A stretch of 59,252 nt of DNA, filler included, from Actinomycetota bacterium (GTDB taxonomy: Bacteria > Actinomycetota > Actinomycetes > JAKEEW01), in NCBI GenBank assembly GCA_046725875.1. It is 5 parts of 5 records of this genome, joined end to end, with 100 filler letters (N's around TTAATTAATTAA, not from the genome) between each part and the next. Parts side by side here need not be neighbours in the genome. Positions count along the whole stretch, not along the records: positions 29,060 to 44,023 come from JBKOZJ010000112.1; 4 more parts are not named here. One strand, 5' to 3'. The stretch's first letter is position 1; each line of letters starts with the position of its first letter. Below the pieces are notes generated by a model. The model was given only the letters and a program-made list of their open reading frames with translations. It had not been told where the DNA came from and did no database searches. Both the position numbers and the translations under genes were made by a program. Shown here piece by piece: positions 29,998-39,826 of the stretch.

Positions 29998-32118
29998 CTA
30001 GGTCGTGGCGACACGTTCGGGCTCGGCGACAAGCTCCTCGGGTGAGATGTCGGGCTTCTTCGCCAAACTGCTTGGCCACCACATCTTCCCGCCGAGATCC
30101 ATGTTCAGCGCGGTGACCAGGACGGACCGCACGATCATTGTGTCAAGCAAGACACCGAGGGCGACCGCGAACCCGATCTCGGCGAATGCGACCAGCGGGA
30201 TCGTCGCGAGTACCGCGAAGGTACCCGCTAGGACCAGGCCGGCGGAGGTGATGACGCCGCCCGTCGCCGCGAGCCCAATAAGGGCGCCGCGCCTGGTCCC
30301 GTGCTGCCGAGCCTCCTCGTGGACCCGGGACATCAGGAAGATGTTGTAGTCGATTCCCAGCGCGACCAGGAACACAAAGACGAACAGCGGGAACCCCGTA
30401 TCGACCCCGGCGAAGTTGAAGACGTGGTCGAAGACCAGCCAGCTGATACCAAGGGCCGCAGCGAACGACAGCACCACGGTGGCAACCAGGATCAGCGGCG
30501 CGACGAGGGCCCGCAGCAGGATTGCCAGGATCACCAAGACCACGGCCAGGATCAGCGGCATCGCTGCCCGGTTGTCGTGCGCGGCGGCACGGTCGGTATC
30601 GAGCGCAATCGCCGTGTCCCCGCCGACGAGCGCATCTCCGCCGGGCACAGCATGGACCGCATCACGCACCCGCTCGATCGTCGCCCGCGCCGCAGGACTG
30701 TCCGCTGCCGATTCCAGCGTGCCCTCCATGAAGGCGATGTCGTCGTTGATCCGCGGCTCGGTAACGTCCTCGATTCCCGGAGTCGACTCGAACGCCTGCC
30801 GGACGGCAGGCGCCTGGGCCGCCGAGGAGATGACCATGACCGGTTGCCCGGAGCCGGCCGGGAAGTGCTGGGCCAGAACCTCCTGGCCGTCTATCGAGGC
30901 GGGCTTGTCGATGAACGCGTCCTTGTTGGACAGCACACCGGCATTGATGCCGATCAGCCCGAGGGCGGCGATCCCCAACAGGACGGAAGTTGTCACCCAG
31001 ACCGTCCGTGGCCTGACGGCAATCCGTCGCCCCACCCGGGCCCACAGCCCGGTCTCGGTCGGCTCCGGTGAGCCGTACCACGGCTTCCTCGGCCAGAAGA
31101 TCCAGCGGCCAAAGACGACCAGCAGTGCCGGCAGCAGCGTCAGCATCGCGGCGAGTGCGACGGCGATGCCGATCGCAAGGACCGGACCAAGGTCGCGCGT
31201 TGAATTCATCTCGGCGACCAGCAGGCAGAGCATGCCCAGGGCCACGGTCGAACCGGAGGCGAGGATCGCCGGGCTCGCCCGGTGCAGGCCGAACGCCATC
31301 GCCTCGTGCCGGTCCTCGTGCCTCCGCAACTCCTCTCGGTAACGGGCGACGATGAGCAGCGCGTAGTCGGTTCCCGCCCCGAAGACGAGGACGGTCAGGA
31401 TGCCGGCGCTTTGCGCATTGACCGTAAGGCCGGCGTGCTTCGCGAGCAGATAGATGACGCCCTGCGCAGTGAACAACGCCACCACCGCGGAGATCACAGG
31501 CAGGATCCACAAGAGGGGGCTGCGGTAGGTGAAGAGAAGGATCAGGATGACCACGCCGAGCGCGGCGAACAGCAGTGTCGAGTCGAGACCTTCGAAGGCA
31601 TCGGCGAAGTCAGCTGTCACGCCCCCAGGGCCGGTGATGTAGACCGTCAGCCCATTCGCGTTCGAGGTAGCGATCGCGTGTATGTCGTCGATGATGCCGG
31701 GGACGTCCTGCCAGCCGTTCTGGCCGATGTCGATGGTGACGATGGCCTCGATTGCCTGGCCGTCCTGGGACACGATCGGTCCCTCCGGCGCCGGGTTGTC
31801 GACCACTCGGTCAACGTTGCGGAACTTGTCGATGTCGGCCGCCACCTTCGCCCGATCGGCTTCGGTGGTCCCGCTTGGCCGTTCATAGAGGATGACCGTC
31901 GGTATCGTCTCGCTTGGCTGGAACGCCTCAGAGGCCTTGACGACCTTCGTCGACTCGGCGCTGCCGGGCAGCCAGTTGACGGCCTCGTTCTCCTGGACAT
32001 CGTTGAACTTGCTCGCGAGCGGTGAGACGGCCACGAAGACCACGACCCAGAAGACGACGATCAGCCACTTCGTCCTCCGGCCACCAACAAATGAAGAGAT
32101 CCTGCGGGTCGGGCTCAT
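29998..32118 (-). CDS. MMPL/RND transporter
   Basis: VFGAGTDYALLIVARYREE, ALGIDYNIFLMSRVHEE, TGGVITSAG. Confidence 0.95.
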   Translation of the reverse strand: MSPTRRISSFVGGRRTKWLIVVFWVVVFVAVSPLASKFNDVQENEAVNWLPGSAESTKVVKASEAFQPSETIPTVILYERPSGTTEADRAKVAADIDKFRNVDRVVDNPAPEGPIVSQDGQAIEAIVTIDIGQNGWQDVPGIIDDIHAIATSNANGLTVYITGPGGVTADFADAFEGLDSTLLFAALGVVILILLFTYRSPLLWILPVISAVVALFTAQGVIYLLAKHAGLTVNAQSAGILTVLVFGAGTDYALLIVARYREELRRHEDRHEAMAFGLHRASPAILASGSTVALGMLCLLVAEMNSTRDLGPVLAIGIAVALAAMLTLLPALLVVFGRWIFWPRKPWYGSPEPTETGLWARVGRRIAVRPRTVWVTTSVLLGIAALGLIGINAGVLSNKDAFIDKPASIDGQEVLAQHFPAGSGQPVMVISSAAQAPAVRQAFESTPGIEDVTEPRINDDIAFMEGTLESAADSPAARATIERVRDAVHAVPGGDALVGGDTAIALDTDRAAAHDNRAAMPLILAVVLVILAILLRALVAPLILVATVVLSFAAALGISWLVFDHVFNFAGVDTGFPLFVFVFLVALGIDYNIFLMSRVHEEARQHGTRRGALIGLAATGGVITSAGLVLAGTFAVLATIPLVAFAEIGFAVALGVLLDTMIVRSVLVTALNMDLGGKMWWPSSLAKKPDISPEELVAEPERVATT

Positions 32119-32697
32119 CGGCTCCCCCGAAATCGGTTACCGGCATGCTTGTTGTACATGTAACCAGACACGTCCGGCAACAAATTTCCGGGTCTCCTCT
32201 TAACTCGTGAATCACGGCTACATCCTGCATTTCTGGTGGATTTGCCCGACCTTCAGGACAGAGTCCTCGAAACATGAACGAGGCGTCTGACCGGGTCTCG
32301 TACAAAAATCTGCAAAACTTCAACCAACTGCGTGCAAAGGACAATCGTTCTGGGCGGTTGCGCGGTTGGCGTTAAAGCCGCCCATGCGGGCCGCCCTTAC
32401 GAGAACCGTGTCAGTGTGGCAATGGACGCGTCAGCGGCTCGTGCCCGAGCGTCATGCGGCCACTGGTTGGCGTCTTGAGACACGTCAGGCACGGCGGCGG
32501 TTCGAGCGTCTTACCGGCTGTGCTGAATCGCTTGTATGGAAACCTGCGCCACGTGCGCCTGTTCATCTGTGGACATCGCCTGCTGTCCACAGAGTGGTGG
32601 TTTCGTTGCGCAACGTGACGAGAAGTGGTCTACGCTTCTCGCCGTGCTTTCCAAGATCGTGGGTCTTGTTGGTGGGTTAGGCGCGCGTCTTGCCTCC

Positions 32698-33297
32698 ATG
32701 CTGCTTGTACGCAAGTCGGCCGTGCGCGGGGCGGTGACCACGTCGACGGCGGCCATACGTGCCTTAGCGGTTGCTGCCCTCGTCAGCGGATGCAGCGGTG
32801 ATGAAGCGGAACCATCGGGGCTGCCATCGCTCACGACCACCAGCAGTGCGTCCTGGACACCGTCGACCGCGACGACGGTCCCGAGCCCGCCCGTGGTGGC
32901 ACGGGAAAGGACATCGGATGGCGCGGCCGCCTTCGTACGCTTCTACATCTCGTTAATCAACAACGCCTACCGCACCGGCGCATCCGGACCGCTTCGCAAG
33001 TACGCCGCGCCGTCCTGCGATTCCTGTACCAGCATCGCCGCATCGGTCGCCGATCTTTATGCAAAAGATCTGGCCCATGGTGGCCTGCTTAGGGTCGAGA
33101 GCTCAACAGCGACCGGCATTAGTCCCAGCAACTACGTAACCGTCGTAGCTGTCGTTCGAACGAGTCGCTTTGAGCGCCTGGAAGAGAACGGATCCGTAGC
33201 CACGTTCAAGCCAGAGCGCATAGGCACACTGTTCTTTGATACTCGCTGGACAGACGGATCTTGGCTGATGACTGGCATTCGAGACCAGGAGGCCTAA
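32698..33297 (+). CDS. DUF6318-like lipoprotein
   Basis: Lipobox LVSGC, S/T/P linker, GAAAFVRFY..N.AY.TG, CDSC; start uncertain. Confidence 0.7.
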   Translation: MLLVRKSAVRGAVTTSTAAIRALAVAALVSGCSGDEAEPSGLPSLTTTSSASWTPSTATTVPSPPVVARERTSDGAAAFVRFYISLINNAYRTGASGPLRKYAAPSCDSCTSIAASVADLYAKDLAHGGLLRVESSTATGISPSNYVTVVAVVRTSRFERLEENGSVATFKPERIGTLFFDTRWTDGSWLMTGIRDQEA

Positions 33298-33298
33298 C

Positions 33299-34162
33299 AT
33301 GAGACGGGATCTCTTTACCGTCCTAGCGCTTATCTCGCTGACATTCGTAGTCCACGGCCGCGTGTTGGCTGATGAGCCAGACGGTGATGTGTGGGGCGAC
33401 ATCAGTGATGGTACCGATGAGATCGTCCTCACAGGTGACGACGCTCAGGACGCAGGTAGCAACGTGATTCCTGCAGCTAGCGGGCGAGTCACCGTCGAGA
33501 CTGCCTGGACCCCAGCGTGCAGCCAGAACTATCCGGGAATCCGGGACGAGTCTTGCCCCGCGGCAATCTCGCTATGTTCCGCGCCGGGGCCCGGAGAAAT
33601 ACCATCGATGATGATGTGGCGCTGGATTCGACAATGGGATCGTGTTGCTGCAACCGCTATTACAGATTGGCAAATAGCAGAGACGGTCTGCCTAGATCCA
33701 GATACCGCGGCTGTGCCGAACATCAGTCTGCTCATTCTGCAGGCGTTTCAGGAGCGGGTGAAGCTGCTTGAGGCCGCAGTTCAGATACAGCCGTCGAGCG
33801 GGCGGACACTGGTCAATCTCGACACCATCTTCTACACAGACGATCCGAGCACGACGGTCACAGGCATAGACATTCTCGGCCGCAGCGTTGATCTGCGAAT
33901 CACCGCAACTGTCTTCCACTGGTACTTCGGGGACGGCTCATCGGCGACTACCGCTACTGGCGGTCGTCCGTACCCAAGTAAGGACATAACGCACCAATAC
34001 GCGAGCACCGGCGCCGTGGCGCCCAGGGTGGACGTGACGTATGTCGGCGAGTATCGGATCGACGGCGGCGGTTGGCTTGACATACCGGGCGAGGCGACGG
34101 TGACCGGCCCGACGGTCCCGTTAACCGTCGTCGAGGCCCGCTCGCAACTAGTCGCCGGCTGA
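33299..34162 (+). CDS. Secreted Cys-containing protein with C-terminal PKD-like domain
   Basis: Signal peptide; QP..RTLVNLDTIFY, WYFGDGS, GRPYP..ITHQY, GEYRIDGG.W..IPG. Confidence 0.75.
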   Translation: MRRDLFTVLALISLTFVVHGRVLADEPDGDVWGDISDGTDEIVLTGDDAQDAGSNVIPAASGRVTVETAWTPACSQNYPGIRDESCPAAISLCSAPGPGEIPSMMMWRWIRQWDRVAATAITDWQIAETVCLDPDTAAVPNISLLILQAFQERVKLLEAAVQIQPSSGRTLVNLDTIFYTDDPSTTVTGIDILGRSVDLRITATVFHWYFGDGSSATTATGGRPYPSKDITHQYASTGAVAPRVDVTYVGEYRIDGGGWLDIPGEATVTGPTVPLTVVEARSQLVAG

Positions 34163-34198
34163 CCCGGTAAGCGCGAACTCCGCTCTCATTGCCCGCGG

Positions 34199-34280
34199 GG
34201 ATGAACGGCACGTTGGCTCGATAGGTTCGACTGACAGTGCCGTTCATCCTGCGGCCATTGGCATGAAAGTGCCGTTGATT
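34199..34280. repeat. REP-like palindromic element, copy 1 (possible terminator between convergent genes)
   Basis: Perfect 13-bp IR GGATGAACGGCAC (34199-34211) / GTGCCGTTCATCC (34237-34249), plus an extra ATGAAAGTGCCGTT unit. Confidence 0.75.
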
Positions 34281-34292
34281 CGGAACGCTCGG

Positions 34293-35225
34293 TCAGTCCG
34301 CCAGGGTTAGCAGCAGGCCGAACGCGGGGAAGAGTGCCGGGCCGAAGGTCGTGATCTCGGCGATAGCTCCGTCTTCGACCCGCAGCACGTCGAACTTGAA
34401 CGCGCGGAACTCCGAGTCGCCCGGCCGCCGCAGATAACTCGCCGCCGTTGGCATGCGGTTGGCGACGGTTGGGAGCAGCCGCCAGTCGCCCAGACTCGCG
34501 GCCTCGGCCACCATGGGCGCTACCGCGTCGACACCCTCGTAGACATAGGGGTACGGCGGCATGGTGACCCGGATGTCCTTCGCCGCGGCCGCGACGGCGG
34601 CCTCGGCGTCGCACCGCTCGTGCGCGTCGATGAAACGCTCGAGCAGCTCGCGTTCCTCGGGACTCGGTTCGGTCGTCGACCACTCGTGCCGCTGCGCGGG
34701 CAAATGCCGCTGCATGGTGCCACGCGCACGCTGCAGCGCGCTGTTCGCGGCGGCGACGCTGGTCTCGAGCAGCGCCGCGGTCTCGCTGGCCGTCCATCCC
34801 ATGACGTCCCGCAGGACCAGGGCAGCACGCTGCCGCGGCGGCAGCACCTGCAGCGCCGCGAGGAAAGCGAGCTCGATCGTCTCGCGGGATACCACGACCG
34901 CATCCGGCTGCTCGTCCGCGGCCGCAACCTCGTCGAGCAGCCGGTCCGGATAGGGTTGCAACCAAGACACCTCGGCGAACGACTTAAGCTCCGTCACCCG
35001 CCTGGATTTGCTGCGCAGCATGTCGAGGCACACGTTAGTTGCAATGCGGTAGAGCCATGCCCGGAAGAGCGTGCCCTCGAAGTTCTCCCGGCTCCGCCAT
35101 GCGCGCAGGAGCGTCTCCTGAACCGCATCCTCGGCCTCGTCGTACGAAGCGAGCATCCGGTAACAGTGGACGTGCAGCTCCCGACGGTGGTGCTCAGCAC
35201 GAGTGGCGAAGTCGTTCTCGGTCAT
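34293..35225 (-). CDS. ECF sigma factor with C-terminal SnoaL-like extension (SigG/ECF56-like)
   Basis: HRRELHVHCYRML..AEDAVQET..RAWLYRIATN, WLQPYPD, LPPRQRA, MPP, AN..P..A.Y. Confidence 0.92.
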   Translation of the reverse strand: MTENDFATRAEHHRRELHVHCYRMLASYDEAEDAVQETLLRAWRSRENFEGTLFRAWLYRIATNVCLDMLRSKSRRVTELKSFAEVSWLQPYPDRLLDEVAAADEQPDAVVVSRETIELAFLAALQVLPPRQRAALVLRDVMGWTASETAALLETSVAAANSALQRARGTMQRHLPAQRHEWSTTEPSPEERELLERFIDAHERCDAEAAVAAAAKDIRVTMPPYPYVYEGVDAVAPMVAEAASLGDWRLLPTVANRMPTAASYLRRPGDSEFRAFKFDVLRVEDGAIAEITTFGPALFPAFGLLLTLAD

Positions 35226-35698
35226 GCCTGGCTCGGGATGTCGGGGGAATGCTCAGCCTCACTCCGACTGCCAGCCCCTGTGCCGGCACTGTGATAGCCC
35301 CGCTCCTGCAAGATCCAGGTATTGCCGTCCGGGTCGGCGAAGTCGGCGAACGAGTTGTAGTCGGTGTGCGTCGGGTCCACGCCCGGCTTCCACTCGCCGG
35401 CGTCCATATGACGGATATCGCTTACCTCCACGCCACGACCGACGAGCTCCGCCCGTGCGGTATCGATGTCGGTCACGACAAGGTGGGTGCCGCGGACCGA
35501 GCCAGGCTCGGCATCGGTGATCCCGACGCCGAGTGTGGCCGAGCAGGCCGATCCGGGCGGGGTCAGCTGCACGACGCGGAAGCTGTCTCCGGCCTTGTGA
35601 TCAACGTCCAGGTTGAAGGCCACCTGGTCGATGTAGAAGCTCTTGGCCCGGTCGACATCCCTCACAGGCAACATGACGACTTCCAGCTTCATGTCCAT
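35222..35698 (-). CDS. VOC/glyoxalase protein
   Basis: MKLEVV.LPV.DVDRAK.FY, QLTPPGSACS, FADPDGNTWILQE; ATGA overlap with the sigma gene. Confidence 0.9.
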   Translation of the reverse strand: MDMKLEVVMLPVRDVDRAKSFYIDQVAFNLDVDHKAGDSFRVVQLTPPGSACSATLGVGITDAEPGSVRGTHLVVTDIDTARAELVGRGVEVSDIRHMDAGEWKPGVDPTHTDYNSFADFADPDGNTWILQERGYHSAGTGAGSRSEAEHSPDIPSQA

Positions 35699-35900
35699 GA
35701 TCTCTCCTCTGTTTCTGATCGATTCTCGCCCGTTCCGCGAGTTCCGGACATGAAACGCCGGCCGGTGAGAAGACTCATCGGTCCATCGATGATCCGATCT
35801 TCGGGGCCCTGCAGCTCCCGGTGAAAGATCTCCCTGATCCGCCATGGTTGGTCGAGCGACACACACGCGTAAATCGCCCGGCACGGGCGGTGCTCTCGCC

Positions 35901-35930
35901 CGTTGGGTCCGATGCAAGTGCCGTTCATGC
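35901..35930. repeat. REP-like element, degenerate copy
   Basis: CGTTGGGTCCGATGCAAGTGCCGTTCATGC shares GTGCCGTTCAT with the other copies. Confidence 0.45.
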
Positions 35931-35942
35931 GGATCGGTGCGA

Positions 35943-36767
35943 TCAGAGGGTGAGCAGGACGATCCCGGCCGCGACAAAGATCGACGCGATCACGCGCTGG
36001 CGTCCGAACCGCTCGTGGAAGACGAGCGTGCCGATTAGGGCACCGAGAATAATGCTGGTCTCCCGCAGCGCGGAGATCGGAGCCAGCGCGCCGCGGGTTT
36101 GCGCCCACAACACAAGCCCGTAGGCGAGCAGGCTGATCGCTCCGCCGCCCAGACACGGCAGCCAGATCGAGCGGATCGACCGAAGCAGCCCCTCTCGCCG
36201 TACAAGCATCGCCGCGACCCCTACCAGCCCGCCCTCCAGCAGGATCAGCCAGCCCGCATAGCCAACCGCGCTCCCCGAGCGCCGTACGCCGACTCCGTCG
36301 ATCACGGTGTACGTGGCAATCGTCAGCCCGGTGGCGATCGCGGCCAGCACGGCCCGCCGATCGGCGAGGGCAGCGGTCGCGCGGCCGGTCAGGGCCAGGC
36401 TCGACAGCGCACAGAACACCGTGGCGACGCCGAGTGCCTGCGTCACGGTAGGGATCTCACCGACGAACGCCGCGGCGAGGATCGTCACCACCAGCGGTGC
36501 CGTGCCTCTGGCGAGCGGATAGGTCTGGCTAAAGTCGCCGAGCGCGTACGACAACATGAGGCCGATGTTGTACGCCATGTGGACGGCGACAGACGCCGCG
36601 AGAAAGGGCCAAGCGGCAGCGGTCGGCATCGGCGTGAGGGCGGCCAGCGGCGTCGCACAGATGGCGCCGCCGACGCTGATCAGGCCCACCGCGAGGATCT
36701 TGTCCTTGACGGAGTGGGCGATCGCGTTCCAGGTGGCGTGGGCGACGGCCGCGCCGAGCACCGCCAC
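35943..36767 (-). CDS. EamA/DMT transporter (same subfamily as 18110-18946)
   Basis: HATWNAIA, SQTYPLARG, YTVIDGVGVR, SALRETS. Confidence 0.9.
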   Translation of the reverse strand: MAVLGAAVAHATWNAIAHSVKDKILAVGLISVGGAICATPLAALTPMPTAAAWPFLAASVAVHMAYNIGLMLSYALGDFSQTYPLARGTAPLVVTILAAAFVGEIPTVTQALGVATVFCALSSLALTGRATAALADRRAVLAAIATGLTIATYTVIDGVGVRRSGSAVGYAGWLILLEGGLVGVAAMLVRREGLLRSIRSIWLPCLGGGAISLLAYGLVLWAQTRGALAPISALRETSIILGALIGTLVFHERFGRQRVIASIFVAAGIVLLTL

Positions 36768-36990
36768 GGTGACCGCCGCACCCAGCCCGGACCCTGCGAT
36801 GCCAACCTCCTGCCACCGTCATCCCCGCGCCCGCACCATAACCGAGCGGTCCGACTCGCCGTACGCCCGCGCTTCACCTGTTCGCACGGTCCGTGGCCGA
36901 AAATGTCGGCGGGCGATCACGCTCGGCAGGCATTCGACGGCGTCAGTGGCCGTATCGGGATGTGAAGAGGTGCGAGCATTGGATGGCGGG

Positions 36991-38265
36991 CTAGGGGAGG
37001 AGGAGGTTGGAGTCGCCGAACTCGTGCCAGAGGTACCGGCGGTCCACCGCCTCGCGGTAGCAGCGCTCCAGCAGCATCCGGCCGGCGACCGCCTCGAGCA
37101 TAGCGAGATGCGACGCGTGCGGTTCGTGGAATCCAGTCAGCAGACCGTCGACCGCCCGCAACCCGCGCTCGGGCGTGACGACGAGATCGGTCCAACCGGT
37201 TGCGGGGTGTACGACACCGGAGGGGTCGGCCGCGCTTTCTAGCGCTCGTACCGCGGTCGTCCCAACCGCGACCACCCGGGCGCCGGCGCGGCGCGCAGCA
37301 TTGACCAGGCGGGCGGTCGCGGCGGGCACCTCAAAGCGCTCCGGGTAGGGCTTCTCGTGCGCCTCCGGTGACGCCACCCCGGTGTGGAGGGTCAACGGAG
37401 CGAACACGACCCCGGCCGCGACGAGCCGCGTCGCCAACGCCTCGGTGAAGGGACGGGCTGCGCTTGGCATCTCCGCACTGCCCGCTCGCGCTCGCTCCAC
37501 TGGCGGGGCGAAGACGGTCTGGTACGCAGAGAGCGGCCAGTCCCGTTCTACATAGCCGTAGCGGATCGGACGCCCGAAGTGCAGCAGGTACCGCACCAAG
37601 CCCGACGGCTCTGCATGCGCTCCGCGACGTCGTGCGGTCAACCTTGATAGATCGCGCGGTCCAAATGCTCCGCTGGCCGCGTCCGCACGGTTGGAGGCTT
37701 CGGAGGCCGGTGCGCCTGCGCCGCTGAGATCGAAGCGAGCCGTCCAGAGGCGGCCCTTTGTGTACGGAGCCACAAGGCGCATCCGGCCGCCACCGGGCAG
37801 TCCGTAGACCTGCCGAGCGAACCCCGAACGGTACGGCTCGTTCCCCCGATCCACCACCCGCCGCCGCAGCTCCACCACCCAGGTCCCATCGGGCAGTTCG
37901 GTCGACACGTGCACGACGATCCCGCCAAGAGCCGGCTGTTCGGCCTCCGCAACCCGGCGGTCCACGACGGCCGCCGGCGCCCGTTTGGTGTCGGCCTCGG
38001 TATGCCGATCATGGAGCATGGCCGGCGGTCCAGAGGTTGTGTCGATCGCCGCCGGCAGCGTCGCCGACGTATTGACGACGAGGACATCGCCCGGCGCGAG
38101 CAACGACGGCAGGTCGCGGAACCGGCGGTGGCTGAGCTCGCCGGGTGATCGGTGCGCGACGAGCATCCGGACGCCGTCACGAGCGAGCCCCCGCGCCTCG
38201 GGCGGTTCGTGGGCCTCCAGGGACCGCGGAAGGGTGAAGTCGAGAACCGCCGTGTCGGCGCTCAC
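36991..38265 (-). CDS. QueA-like protein (non-canonical paralog of SAM:tRNA ribosyltransferase-isomerase)
   Basis: LAPGDVLVVNTS, YQTVFA, GSAEMPSAARPF, LHTGV, AVGTTAVRALES, LLTGFHEP, YLWHEFGD. Confidence 0.85.
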   Translation of the reverse strand: MSADTAVLDFTLPRSLEAHEPPEARGLARDGVRMLVAHRSPGELSHRRFRDLPSLLAPGDVLVVNTSATLPAAIDTTSGPPAMLHDRHTEADTKRAPAAVVDRRVAEAEQPALGGIVVHVSTELPDGTWVVELRRRVVDRGNEPYRSGFARQVYGLPGGGRMRLVAPYTKGRLWTARFDLSGAGAPASEASNRADAASGAFGPRDLSRLTARRRGAHAEPSGLVRYLLHFGRPIRYGYVERDWPLSAYQTVFAPPVERARAGSAEMPSAARPFTEALATRLVAAGVVFAPLTLHTGVASPEAHEKPYPERFEVPAATARLVNAARRAGARVVAVGTTAVRALESAADPSGVVHPATGWTDLVVTPERGLRAVDGLLTGFHEPHASHLAMLEAVAGRMLLERCYREAVDRRYLWHEFGDSNLLLP

Positions 38266-38705
38266 CGGACGCTCCCGTCCGCCGACGTCGCAGTGGCACT
38301 GTTCGGCTCGCGCGCTGGCGGCGCCTCACTCCAAATCAACACCTCGACATCGTTCGGATCACGCAATCTGAAGGCGTAATAACCGCGATCGTAAATGGTA
38401 GGCGGTCCGGCGAGGGCCGGGGGACCCGCCCGGGCGGCAGCGAGAAGTCGCTGATACTCGGCGTCGACTGCCGACCAGGACGGCAGCTCGAGGGCGACGG
38501 TCAGGACCGACGGAACGCCCGTCCGCCTATCCGCATATGAGACAAATTCGAGATGCCCATCAGGCGCCGCCTCGAGGACGACCGCGTGTTCGTTGTCATT
38601 ACTCCACTCGTCGACGCGGCGCAGCCCGAGCCCGCGCTCCCAGAAGTCGACGGCGGCCTCCAGATCAGGCACCTCGAAGGGCAGCCATATGGAGAGGGGT
38701 GTCAT
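38262..38705 (-). CDS. VOC-family protein
   Basis: EVPDLEAAVDFWERGLGL, RGYYAFRLRDPNDVEV; 4-nt overlaps at both ends. Confidence 0.8.
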   Translation of the reverse strand: MTPLSIWLPFEVPDLEAAVDFWERGLGLRRVDEWSNDNEHAVVLEAAPDGHLEFVSYADRRTGVPSVLTVALELPSWSAVDAEYQRLLAAARAGPPALAGPPTIYDRGYYAFRLRDPNDVEVLIWSEAPPAREPNSATATSADGSVR

Positions 38706-39493
38706 TGGGCCGCCTCCACCCGGGCGGCATCGGCTTGTGCGCCGTTCCCGGCCGCCCCGGGCGTCGCGCCGACCGGGAAGTCGGCTGCCCGGTAGCGCCC
38801 ACTCGGCGGTTGCTTCCAGATCAGCCGCAGCAGCGAAGGGACCACTGTGGTTGGCTCGGGCCGGTCGGAGATGTCCTCGCCGGGAAAGGCGTCCTGGTGC
38901 ATCTGTGTACGCATGTCGCCCGGGTCAACCCACCACACGCGTAGGTCCGGCTCCTCGGCCGCGAGAACCCGGCTGAGCTGCTCGAACGCGGCTTTCGCCG
39001 CGCCATAGCCGCCCCACCCTTCATACGCCTCGACGGCGGCGTCCGATGTCATGTTGAGCACGGACCCCCGACCGGCCCGCAGCAGCGGCAGCGCCTCTTG
39101 TACGAGCCCGAGCTGCGCGATCACGTTCACCTCGAAAATGTCGCGCAGCGCATCGAGTGGGACGTCCGTCAGCCGCGGGAGCGGGCTGGGCCCGAGCGTT
39201 CCAGCGTTGTTGACGAGCAGGCCAAGTCCGGGACCAGGATGGGGGGCGAACCGTGACAGCTCACGCGCGGCGACCTGGCGGGCAGCATCCACAAGGTCCC
39301 TGCGATGCGCTTGGTCGGTGATGTCCCCCGGGATCGCGACCACATCAGTAAGCCTGGCGAGCGATACAGCGGACCGCTCGAGGTCGCCCGCACCGCGGGC
39401 GTCGATCACCAGCCGCCATCCGGCCTCGGCCAAACCCCGCGCCAGCGCCGCGCCGAGCCCTCGAGATGCCCCGGTGACTATCGCAACGGACAT
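38702..39493 (-). CDS. SDR oxidoreductase
   Basis: TGASRGLG, LVNNAG, SDAA..YEGWGGYGAAK, VDPGDMRTQMHQDAFPGEDI; GGAGG RBS. Confidence 0.92.
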   Translation of the reverse strand: MSVAIVTGASRGLGAALARGLAEAGWRLVIDARGAGDLERSAVSLARLTDVVAIPGDITDQAHRRDLVDAARQVAARELSRFAPHPGPGLGLLVNNAGTLGPSPLPRLTDVPLDALRDIFEVNVIAQLGLVQEALPLLRAGRGSVLNMTSDAAVEAYEGWGGYGAAKAAFEQLSRVLAAEEPDLRVWWVDPGDMRTQMHQDAFPGEDISDRPEPTTVVPSLLRLIWKQPPSGRYRAADFPVGATPGAAGNGAQADAARVEAAQ

Positions 39494-39675
39494 TAGGAAC
39501 GCCTCCATCATTCTCGAACCAGATCAGGCCGCCCGGAACCGACGGTCCGCGACGTCCTTGCTCGCGCCGCCGCGCCGCCGGGTCCCGGTGAACTGGACGG
39601 TGACGGGCTCGGCGGATGCCGGTCATGGCGCGGCGGCGAAAGCACCCTGCCGACGCTAGAAACGGCCGATCTCGG

Positions 39676-39808
39676 ATGACCTCGGCCGCCGGTCGCGACT
39701 TCACCACACCGAACGACCTACGACCTCGGTTCGACAACCCACGCTGCTAAGGCCGGTCCAGACGCTGACGGCCGCGTTCTCCGTCACCGGTCCTAGGACC
39801 GCGGCCGG
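39676..39808. promoter_or_regulatory. Candidate response-regulator boxes in the divergent promoter
   Basis: GACCTCGG at 39678 and 39722, GACCGCGG at 39797; perfect palindrome CGGTCCTAGGACCG at 39788-39801. Confidence 0.45.
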
Positions 39809-39826
39809 ACGCGGCGGACTCGTACC

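Noticed and set aside
36991..38265. Assigning the symbol queA
   Set aside because: Several canonical motifs are replaced and no que/tgt genes are adjacent
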